A stretch of DNA of 64,000 nucleotides from Podarcis filfolensis (Eukaryota). Made by a program: the position numbers and the translations under genes. Under the pieces are notes generated by a model, which ran no database searches, was not told the DNA's origin, and saw only the letters and a list, made by a program, of their open reading frames with translations. This document shows, in pieces, positions 14,186 to 23,720 of the stretch. The stretch is from assembly GCA_964270895.1 (NCBI GenBank), contig OZ185443.1. One strand, given 5' to 3'. How positions within the stretch are numbered: position 1 is the stretch's first letter; the number at the start of each line of letters is the position of its first letter.

Positions 14186-14689
14186 AACGGAGCACAGCGG
14201 GACTTGCGCGCCCCATAGGAGCCTGGGGCCTGCCTTGCGATCTGGTGGCCAAGGCGAGGCGGTGGGTAGTCGACGGCCCTCATCTCCTGGAAGGCAGCCG
14301 CCGTGGGAAGTGCGGCAAGTCCACAGGCCTCCTGCTGCTGCTCCCCCTCCTCGCGGCCCACTTCGTTTTCCCACCAGCTGCGGAGCCGGGCCTCGTGGAG
14401 GCGGCTGGCTTCGCCTCTTCCCACGGGCCCGCTGCCGGCTGCGAGGACCCGGGAGACCAGGGCCGCCCTGCTGGCCCTTCGTCTCGTTCTCTCTCTCCCC
14501 CGGGAGAGGCTTCCCTCCCTCGGCCTCCTGCCGGCGCCCCTTCGGAGCGTGAGAACCCGGCGAGGAAAAAAGAGTCCCCTCAGGAGGAAGGCGGCGGGAA
14601 AGGTCGCGCCGGGGCGGGCAGGGCGCGGGAAGAAGGAGAGGGAGCCGGCGCGCGCGCCCTTCGGGCAGGTGAAGGCGGCGCCCACTTAC

Positions 14690-14763
14690 TTGATGTCCTC
14701 CCAGACCTCGGGGCCGTAATTCCGGATCACCAGAAGCTCCAGAGCGTGATTGACGAATCCGTA
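14690..14763 (-). CDS. GUCY1B1: GUCY1B1 exon 2 (74 nt; H-NOX N-terminus)
   Basis: ggcag|TACGGATTC...GACATCAA|gtaagt; [24 protein letters not shown](K), identical to the human beta-1 N-terminus as recalled. Confidence 0.97.
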
Positions 14764-15348
14764 CTGCCAAAGAGGGGGGAAAGCGGGAAAGCAGCGTTGG
14801 TGGAAAGCTCTCAAATGCGCAAAGGGGGCGAAGCTTATGATGTGCTTGTGCGTGGAAACACGGGGACGAATCCGGGTTGGGTTCGAGAAACGGGGAAGAA
14901 ATGTAGGGATGGCAGCGATTATTCCCTCCCCCGCCTCCCCCCCCCCTTTCACCTGCTCCAGGTGGATGGTGCCTACAGGAGCGCCTAGCTTCAGGCAAAA
15001 CCACAAAGCCAAGGAGGGGGGTTTGGAGATGGGTACCAACCCGGGTACTTCCTCTGCAAGGGAAAGGAGCGGGGTGCCAATATTCCCCCTTCACATCCCC
15101 GTCCCTCTTCCAGGTGGACTGTGCCCAGGAAAGAAAAGCGCGCGGCTGTGAGGGAGCCCCAACTGCGGCCGCATCTCCCCGCTCGCAACCCGCTTCGCAC
15201 GCCGAAGCTATTCCCGTCCCCTGCGCCGCGCTCCTTATAGCGCATCCTTCCCTTCCCATCCCTGTCAGAATAGCCGCTTCCCTCCCCACTCCCCGAATAA
15301 AGGCGACCCGGCAGCCTGTGGCGCATCTGCCTCTCGCCTCGCACTCAC

Positions 15349-15351
15349 CAT
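15349..15351 (-). CDS. GUCY1B1: Soluble guanylate cyclase beta-1, first coding exon (ATG only)
   Basis: ggcgcgATG|gtgagtgc: strong donor directly after an ATG inside a CpG island. Splices in frame to exon 2, as in the known GUCY1B1 structure. Confidence 0.85.
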
Positions 15352-16032
15352 CGCGCCTGCCGGAGCGGTGACGCCACCTCAGCAGCGGCAGCTCCGCGCG
15401 GGGATATAGGCAGGCGAGGAGGAAGACGAGGACGGCGGCGAGCAGCGGCTTCTCGCGCCAGCCTCCCTCGATGCGCCCTCTTGAGTGTCACCCGAACGCA
15501 GCCAATCGCGACGGCGGCCCGGAGGGTGGCTTCCAATCGGAAGCAGAGGAGGGAATTTGGATGCTGCCGGGGTGGGAGGGGGGAAGGGGAGGGGGTGGCG
15601 AATGATGGGGAAGGCAGGGCGATGCGGGCTGGTGGCGACAGTGCTGGGAGAGGCGACACCGGAGGCAGAGACGTGATTGCCTTGACAATGGGGGGACGCA
15701 GGAGACGCTTCAGCTGATGCAAACCAGGCTGCCCTGAAGTCATCCTGAGGGATGTGCGTGTGCGCCCAGGGCCAGATTCCTCTCCCTCTCTCCATCTCTG
15801 TTCTTGGCTGCTTCCCAGGGACTTGCTCACCTGTTTGCTTTACTTTGATTAATACATCGACTCACCTTTCTAGTCGGTGGCTTTTCTGAGACTTGCATGG
15901 TAAATATTTAACAGGCACGATTGCTCTTCACGTTCCCACAGGCTTCAGTATTTTGGCTCATCATTCGTGCGTTGTTATTAAGCCTTTTCTAGAGTCCACT
16001 TTGTATTTCAGAAGAGTGGCAACTATCCTCTC

Positions 16033-16068
16033 TATCTGAAGAAGTGTGCATGCACACGAAAGCTCATA
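16033..16068 (+). ncRNA. Minimal type I hammerhead ribozyme motif (Penelope-associated, dimer type)
   Basis: CUGAAGA (16036-16042), one extra A, palindromic stem II GTGTGCATGCACAC (16044-16057), GAAA (16058-16061), palindromic AGCU stem III, cleavage triplet CUC (16063-16065), stem I TAT/ATA. Activity untested. Confidence 0.6.
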
Positions 16069-16136
16069 CAAATAAGTAACTTAGTCGGTCTCTAAGGTGC
16101 TACTGGAAGGAATTTATTATTATTATTGTTTTGTTT
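16034..16136 (+). mobile_element. Penelope-like element pLTR fragment carrying a hammerhead motif, with a 14-bp TSD
   Basis: CTGAAGAAGTGTGCATGCACACGAAAGCTCATAC...GGTCTCTAAGGTGCTACTGGAAGGAA, flanked by CAACTATCCTCTCT at 16020-16033 and 16137-16150. Confidence 0.8.
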
Positions 16137-18194
16137 CAACTATCCTCTCTGCATTTTCACAGCTTATAACTCCATTTAGGATTTTTGCTGTTGCTATGAT
16201 GAAGATGATTCCAAAATAATTACCCAAAGGTCACCCTGGCTGCGCTGAGAGCTGTCATTCCTCTAAACCCGCTAGTCAACTGTTATTTTCCAGATTTCAT
16301 TAGAACAATTGAGGTGTGGATTCTGGCAAAGTTGTCCAGCGGCAGCCCAAGCCATTTTCCCACCTGATGTGAAGGGCAAGATGGTGCATTCCCCATTCTC
16401 TGCACAGAATCTAAGTAGAAACCAGACTGGTAGTTGATGGTGATGGAACTGAGGCCTCCATCACACCCTTAGGGCAGCAAGCTGGCTTAGAGGCTGCAGG
16501 GTAGACCACATGGCACACATTTCTAGCCACTTTCCACCCCTCAGAATTTTCTTCCTGAGGCAGCTGCCTTGCTCTGCTACATGGACAGGCTGGCCCTGCT
16601 ATTGCCAATACTCCTGTCCTTTCAATAAACTGTGTATCTGTATCTTTCCAATTCCACATCTTCGTCAGGGGTGCTGACCTCGCCTCTCGGATGTGGTACC
16701 CTCATCTCCAAATGAACATTATGAAAGTAGAGTTTATAACCTTTCTGCCCACATCCTTCCTCGGTCTCTGAAGATACTGATTTTAAAAACAAACAAACCC
16801 AAAAACAATTCCAGAAGAAAAGCTGTATTGGAACTAATAATAATAATAATAAACCAGTGGCAGTATTGCAGCTAGATAGTTGGGGCTTAAAGAGCAAAGC
16901 TGGCCAAGATTCTTCCTACGTGAAAAGGAATGATTACAGTGTAATCATTAAATTGGCCATCAAAAAATGGAGGTAATAGCTAGCAATTCTAAAACTAGGC
17001 TTCTATAAATGGGGAAAGGGCCAAAAACTGCCATGGGTATTAAAATACTTTCTTAAACTCCCCCTTATAGGAAGATTTAAAATGAAAATGAAAATTGAGA
17101 CAATGAAAAACAGGATGCTCATTACCCAAGACAGACTCTTAAGGAAAGGAATTAATTACTGTTTTCTTGCAATACATACCCGCAAGAGGCCATCATGATT
17201 ACTGGGAAATGAAGGTTAAATAAACTCTTCTCTTGGCAGGAAATGTACCAATAGGGAAGTGATCCAAACTGGTGCCTTCTGGTGTTCAAATGTAGTGGAT
17301 AAAGGTCAGAATGGTCAAGTGCAGTAGCAGGAATTCAAAGACATGTGAGCGTGTGCTTTGAATATTGGACTTGCATGCAGATTGTAGTGATTAACACTGC
17401 TGACCCACCCAGAGCTATGCAGGCAGAATGAGAAAAGATGGATTGTGAAATATATTAGATTCAGTCAAAGCAATTACTATGTGCTGTTTTGAGAAGCTCA
17501 GCAGACCCATCTACTAACCATCATTATCTGAATCTGCACTATTCAAATTTCTAATTGAGTTTGTTATATCCCGGTGTGCACTTAACCATGCTTTAACTTA
17601 TATACGTATATAGAAATAATAGATTTAACAGTAGAACAATGTGGAGGAATTATTGAATTAGATCAGCAGGGAGGGGGTTTAAAGACAATGTTTCTGGACA
17701 TTTGCTGGATAAAGCAAATTTTAGAAATGGTTAAGTTATATGGTGATCATAATTCTTAAATCATCTCTGCAGAATCAGTGTGACTTACCTGGAGGAAATG
17801 TGTTTGACAATTAAAGAATAATCCAGATCCACTCAGAAATAAGACCCACTGATGCAACTAGGACTTAACTTCTAAGGGTGTGAGCATGGGATTTCAACCT
17901 AATCCTATGTGCACGTACTTAGAAGTAAGCTGTATGTAATTCATCAGTACTTATTTCAGAGTCACCATGCAAAGGACTGGGCTATAAGACAAGTATATTT
18001 CATTGCAAACAGCTTCCTATAAACAGGTAGTACAATTATAATCAGATTCATTGCAATACATGTTTTTAGCCCCTCACCCTTTCCCATTGTTGCACACCTT
18101 GGCAGTTAGGAGCTCCTTTTTCCAACTTCAGTTGGTAAGACAATTGTAGGCATTCCTGGACCAGGATAACTTAACCACAGTTTTCCATGCATTG

Positions 18195-18265
18195 TGAACC
18201 TCACATTTGGATTACTGCAATGCACTCTATATGGGGTTAGCCTTGGGGAAGGTCCGGAGCAGAGG
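18195..18265 (+). mobile_element. L2 ORF2 C-terminal remnant
   Basis: GATTACTGCAATGCACTCTATATGGGG encodes DYCNALYMG, the L2 LDYCN motif. Confidence 0.6.
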
Positions 18266-18726
18266 CTGCACGTCCCTTTTTGCCACCTGAGGCAAAACAG
18301 GAAGGTGATGCTCCCCTGCCACCCTGCTTCCTCTGCAGCCTTCCTTACCTGGGTTGCACAGTGGCAAAGTGGCAGCGATGACAATGGGTTCTGGTGAGAT
18401 CTTCCCCAAATCTCACAAGATTTTGGTGAGATTTGGGGAAGACCTCCCCAGAAACTGCCACCACCATTTCTCTGCTGGTGGTGGAGATGGCAGGGGCCCC
18501 CATGGCAGCTGCCTCAGTTTTCCTCCTGGGCAGGCAGGTCTTGCTCCAGAGGCTGCAGCTGACACAGAGCACAGTGCGTAGGTTGCATATGGGGCCAAAC
18601 TAACACCAGCAAATAACACCCTGCAAAAAACACCCAGGCCAACTTCAGAGTGTTGGTACTCACATGTAAGTCCCTATGCAGCTCGGGACCAGCTTACTTG
18701 AGAGACTGTTTTATCTCTTATTATAC

Positions 18727-19185
18727 CATGGGTCAGCAAACTAAGGTCCGCGGGCCAGATCAGGCCCAATTGCCTTCTGGATCCAGCCCACGGACAGTCA
18801 GGGAATTGCCGCATGGATTGTCAGCGCGTGTGTTCTTTCCCTCTCCCTCACACAGTGGCAGCGGCATCTCCTCCCTCCCACCTCCTGGCTTCTCTCCGCC
18901 CTGCCTAAAGGAGGAAGGGGGCTGGGCTTTGTTGGTGCCAGCAGCAGCAGCGCTCGAGCAGCTGCCATTTTAAGCAGCCCCTCTCTGGAGCCCTTTTGCG
19001 TGTCATTCATCGTACCTCCACCACCACCGCCAGCCCCTGCCGCTCGCAAGACACAGGGAAGCAGCCACTGGGGCTCGTGGTACTCTTGCATCTTTCTTTC
19101 TTTTTTTCCAAAATATAGTCCGGCTCCCCACAAGGTCTGAGGGACAGTGGACCGGCCCCCTGCTGAAAAAGTTTGCTGACCCCTG
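18727..19185 (-). mobile_element. hAT MITE (459 bp), long variant
   Basis: Ends CATGGGTCAGCAAACT / AGTTTGCTGACCCCTG. 8-bp TSD TATTATAC / TCTTATAC (7 of 8 match). Confidence 0.88.
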
Positions 19186-20098
19186 TCTTATACATCTTTG
19201 CAGTCTGCAGAAGAGTTCATCCTGCAAGTTCTGAAGATCTCAGCAGCCTGCTCCGCTGTAACTCAGAGCAGGGCTTTTAGTGTGGCTGCCCCTGCCCACT
19301 GTGGAACAACATTGCTGTCAAGATATTATCTGCACTTTCAGAAAGCAATTTTTGTCCCAACTGGCTTTCCCAGTTAGATAAATGGGTCTACCGCAAGTGT
19401 CCACTTGTTAGGGTTTTAGTTTTGTTTCAAAAGCTTTGCTTTTGTGCTTTTAACTCTTTATAATTATCTGATGTATAAATCACCTTGAGATACTGCTTTA
19501 GAAGGTGATTAATAGTTCAGTAATAATAGTGAATTGTATCATCAGAGCAGTCTTTAATTCAGGAGAACCTGGAACTGATCACAGATCATGCAACACCTTC
19601 TAAACAGACTGCCTTCAGCATATCCGGCATATTAAAGGAGAAGCCAAAATAGTCGCTGCTGAAATGCTTGAGAAAGCACTATTGCCAAGTCAATTACTCT
19701 TCTATTCAGACATCTCAACTTGGTCATCTGTACCGGATGGAAGATGAGTCCATTCCAAATGAACTTCTAACATGCAGGTGTTCAAAAGCCATCTAATCAA
19801 ACAAAGATCAGGTTTTAAGGATGTTTGCAAGTTAAGAAGGGCCTAAGGCTGAAAAGGAACATTGTAAGCTGGGAAATTTCAGCTGGCAACAGGCTATGTA
19901 GAAGGTCAAAATGCAGCAGACAGAAAAGAATAGAAAGAGAGGAAAGAGAAAATAAAGGAAAGGTCCACTGTGAAGTCTTTTCTCAACATACCTTCAAGGT
20001 ACATAAATACCTTGAAGATACGATGTCCAGTATCTGTGTCCAAGATAACTGTGCATAGCTCAGTGATCCATATGTGCCATAAATATATTTCCCTTATC

Positions 20099-20260
20099 GG
20101 GGAAGGGCCATAACTCAGTGGTAGAGTATTGGCTTTGCAAGCAGAAGGAGCCAGGTTCAATCCCTGGTGTCTCCAGGCAGAATTGGTAATGTCCCCTCTC
20201 TGAAATCCTGGATAGCCACTGTGGACAGTATAGACAATACTGAGATGTATGAACCAAGAG
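20099..20260 (+). mobile_element. tRNA-headed SINE with a CR1-like tail, decayed
   Basis: A box TAACTCAGTGG (20111), B box GGTTCAATCCC (20155), body ending TAGACAATACTGAG. Related copy at about 49719-49905. Confidence 0.7.
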
Positions 20261-20766
20261 CCCCTATATTCCATAGTCCTCCTACAAGCCACAAAAACAT
20301 AATACTTTGTTCAAGTGCCATCAGGAGACAGCCTTGGTAGAAGAGGACAGTGTTGCTGAGTTTGATGCTTTAGAACTGTCTCAATGTATGTTCCTCTACA
20401 AAGTAAGTAGAGCAAAGTAGTTTTCATCTGAGCTGCAGAAGAACTGTATCTTTACAGTATGCAGAACACAACCCAACATTCCCAGTTTAAGTCTTTGAAA
20501 ACTGTTTTGTTGCAGTGAAGACTTTTGCAGAAGTAAGGGTTCATTACCATTTGCTTGTGTAAGCAGAAGAGATTATTTGGCTGTCAGCATCAAAACCTCT
20601 GAAGCCCATGGGACATATATCTTTAGAGGATTGTTTATTTTATTCCAGATTCCTGCACAGTTTATTATTTCTTTGACTGTATGTCTAACCTCATGTTCCA
20701 GCACAACTGCATATTTAACATTCAGATCCACCCTTTGTGGGAGAAAACACAGCTCAAACCACTGCA

Positions 20767-21012
20767 TCTGGATATGATGGGGCATTCAGAGCAATGGATC
20801 ATCTGTGTGTACACACTTTGGCATCCTTCTAAATGAAGTAGCATCATTTTAAACAACCATCCAGCCATGCAGTTCAAGGGAAACTCTGTTAATGCGATGG
20901 ACACCATTTCCATGTAGGAAAACACATTACTAACAACCAGAACTACTGCAACTATGACTCTGGCAAACACAGATGATCCACTGCTCTGAATGCCCCCCCC
21001 CCCATATCTAGA
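20767..21012. mobile_element. Unclassified TIR element (about 245 bp) with roughly 40-bp inverted ends
   Basis: Left end GATATGATGGGGCATTCAGAGCAATGGATCATCTGTG (20771-20807) is the inverted match of CACAGATGATCCACTGCTCTGAATGCCCC...CATATC (20968-21008). Confidence 0.6.
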
Positions 21013-21417
21013 GACAGCAGCCTGAGATATGTTTTCTCTTAAATGTAAAGGATGGATCTAAAGGTTAAATATGCAGTTATACTGGAACATGAGATTAGAC
21101 ATACCACCAAAGTATTCTGCAATGTTTGATGGGAAGCACACATGACCCAGTGTGTGGCAGTTTTGAAAAAAAGCAAATTCCATGCTAGGGATCATTAGGA
21201 AAGGAACTGAACATTTTGACCATGTTCCTGTTACAGATGTGCCCTCCTTCCCCATGTTTAGGTGGCAATGACAGATTTTATGGGAACAGGTCAGCAGGCA
21301 TGGATATGCTCTTCCCCTTTAGTGAGTACAATCATTCTGAGATCTACTGAGATCTTATACTGTCGTTGAGAAAAGTCAAAAGTGCAAAACTGGTATCAAA
21401 AGTGCAAAGATCCTAGT

Positions 21418-21550
21418 TGGATAGCTCAGTCAACAGTTCATGAGATTCTTAATTTCAGGGTCATGGGTTTGGGCAAAAAATCCTTCATTGCAGGGGGTTG
21501 GACTAGATGACCCTAATGGTCCCTTACAACTCTACAGTTTTGTGGTTCTA
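21418..21550 (+). mobile_element. tRNA-Lys(CTT)-derived SINE with a CR1 tail, decayed
   Basis: GGATAGCTCAGTC...TGAGATTCTTAATTTCAGGGTCATGGGTT followed by a CR1 3' end. Confidence 0.75.
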
Positions 21551-22120
21551 TAAATCTAGCTTCAATAGATTTACCTCAAGTCATAGAATAAGACTTTGGC
21601 TCAGAACCATTTTTTGAAATCTAATTTCTTTCCAGTCCTATTACTGTTAGAAATGAAATACAGTCTTGAAAGTATGGTCATGATCAAAGGCTTTGACTTA
21701 AGATCCCTAAAAAAAAACTTCTGCTCCATGTTAGAAGTAAAAAGAGAGAGAATAAAATGCAAGATGATTCAGTGACCTGATGTAAGCCTTACTATAAATG
21801 GCAGCTGAGTTTCTATTTTTGGAGTCTCACACTCTAAGGAGATACGTTTCCTGCCTCTCTAAGCCTGAACCCTCAAAACAATTTACACTTGACTAGTCTC
21901 TGTTCAGTCACCTGGAACTGGTCCAGAGTTAAGCGGTTTCAGGTCTGCAGCCCTTTTATGCAAATAAATGAGGTGGGAAAGCAGCTATTTCTGGCCACTG
22001 TGAGGAGAGACAAATAGGATCACCAATGTAGGCCAGGCCATGCACATGCAAAAACAGTCAACATCTGGGCACAATATTGGGTTCTACACACAACAGAAGC
22101 CAGCAGTGTATCTTATGGCT

Positions 22121-22448
22121 TAAAGGGTAAAGGGACCCCTGACCATTAGGTCCAGTCGCGGACGACTCTGGGGTTGCGGTGCTCATCTCATTTTACTGTC
22201 CAAGGGAGCCGGCATACAGCTTCTGGGTCATGTGGCCAGCATGATTAAGTTGCTTCTGGCAAACCAGAGCAGTGCACGGAAATGCCGTTTACCTTCCCGC
22301 TGGAGTGATACCTATTTATCTACTAGCACTTCGTGTTGGCAGGAGCAGGGACCGAGCAACAGGAGCTCACCCTGTCGTGGGAATTCAAACTGCCAACCTT
22401 CTGATTGGCAAGCCCTAGGCTCTGTGATTTAACCCACAGCACCACCCG
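22121..22448 (-). mobile_element. Sauria SINE (Squam1/POM-type; partner of BovB/RTE)
   Basis: Typical body (GTCATGTGGCCAGCATG, TTTACCTTCCCG, CCTATTTATCTAC), tRNA head and (CCTTTA)n tail. Flanked by a 59-bp direct repeat. Confidence 0.88.
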
Positions 22449-22539
22449 CATCTGGGCACAATATTGGGTTCTACATACAACAGAAGCCATCAGTGTATCT
22501 TATGGCTAGAGTACACAACAGGAAAACAATTCTGTATGC

Positions 22540-23720
22540 TTGTTTCATTGGTAGCATTGCAAATCTATGAGGTAGCCACATTTGGAATACTATGTACAAT
22601 TCTAGGTGCTCCATCTCAAAAAAGAGATAGCATAGAGCTGTAAAGGAGCAACCAAGATTGGAGCATCTTCCCTTGGAGAAAAGGCTAAAGCATTGTGTGT
22701 GCAAAGCAGGGGAGAGGAGTAATTTAGGGGGGGGGAGTGACTGTGGTGGTGGAGTTTCTTCTACAAGTTCCAAAGATCTTAGAACTTGGAGCAGGGCTGC
22801 CCATTTTCTGTGGAATAGCATTCCTATTGAAATATGACAGACATCCACTATCCACTTTCCAGAAACAATTGAAGGCATCTTAGTTCCGACAGGCTTTCCC
22901 ATTTGGATAAGTAGATCTTTATCACGAGTGTCCATTTGTTGGAATTTTGGTCTTATTTTCAATGTTCCTTTCTCTCTTTTTTGTACTTTTGAGTGTTTAA
23001 CTGTGTTTAATTATTTTATATGTAAATTGCCTCGAGACAATGATTAATACATCAATGCTTGTATACACAAAGTGTTACTATTTACTAACACTAGAACTTA
23101 CAGGGTCGTTCAATGAAAATGGACTGGTAGTAGATTTAGGACAGATGAAATGCAGCACTTCTTCACAAAGAATATATTAATTAAATTTATGGAATTCGCA
23201 GGCACAAGATGAAGAGATGGCCACTAGCTTAGATAAATTTAAGGAAGGTTTAGACCAATTCATGGAGTGTGGAACCATCAATTAGTCATCAGGATGGAGG
23301 GATAGGATGCTTCTAGTTCAGGGGTCAGCAAACTTTTTCAACAGGGGGCCGGTCCACTGTCCCTCAGACCTTGTGGGGGGCCGGACTATATTTTTTGGGG
23401 GGAAATGAACAAATTCCTATGCCCCACAAATAACCCAGAGATGCATTTTAAATAAAAGGACACATTCTACTAATGTAAGAACACGCTGATTCCTGGACCG
23501 TCTGCGGGCCAGATTTAGAATACGATTGGGCCAGATCTGGGCCCCGGGCCTTAGTTTGCCTCCCCATGTTCTAGTTACTGTATCCTAGGGAGCAACACTA
23601 GGTGAGAGCTACTGACTTTATGTTCTTCATTGTTGACTTCCTGGAAGCATCTAGTTGTCCATTTTGGGAAAGAGAATACTGGATCTTTGGTCTGTTCTTG
23701 TAGGGCCCCTTTGACATTTT
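22540..23720 (+). mobile_element. Fragmented CR1 3' region interrupted by a hAT MITE
   Basis: CACATTTGGAATACTATGTACAATTCT (HLEYYVQF, the CR1 RT HLEYC.QF motif), GTAGATTTAGGACAGATGAAA...CACTTCTTCACA, and a 3'UTR that continues on both sides of the MITE. Boundaries approximate. Confidence 0.65.
23319..23568 (+). mobile_element. hAT MITE (250 bp), short variant
   Basis: Ends CAGGGGTCAGCAAACT / AGTTTGCCTCCCCATG. Perfect 8-bp TSD TTCTAGTT (23311-23318 and 23569-23576). Confidence 0.92.

Larger units (their letters stand above)
14200..15750 (-). promoter_or_regulatory. CpG island and promoter of GUCY1B1, with tandem CCAAT boxes (15502-15506, 15533-15537) and a G-tract (15569-15595)
   Basis: Abrupt GC- and CpG-rich segment in AT-rich surroundings, spanning exons 1-2. 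NF-Y/CCAAT control of the human beta-1 promoter is established. Boundaries approximate. Confidence 0.88.

Noticed and set aside
1-14689. Search for GUCY1B1 exon 3 ([25 protein letters not shown]...) and later exons
   Set aside because: No match seen on reading. Intron 2 is probably longer than 14.7 kb and continues beyond the window; a tblastn search would confirm.
15403-15409. TATA-like TATAT on the minus strand about 55 nt upstream of the GUCY1B1 ATG
   Set aside because: Poor match to TATAWAW in a CpG-island promoter; cannot be supported without TSS data.
14101-15830. Many long overlapping ORFs (up to 371 aa) on both strands
   Set aside because: Stop-codon depletion in a CpG island. The products are low-complexity (A/G/P/R-rich) with no recognisable domain; only the 74-nt GUCY1B1 exon and the ATG are supported.
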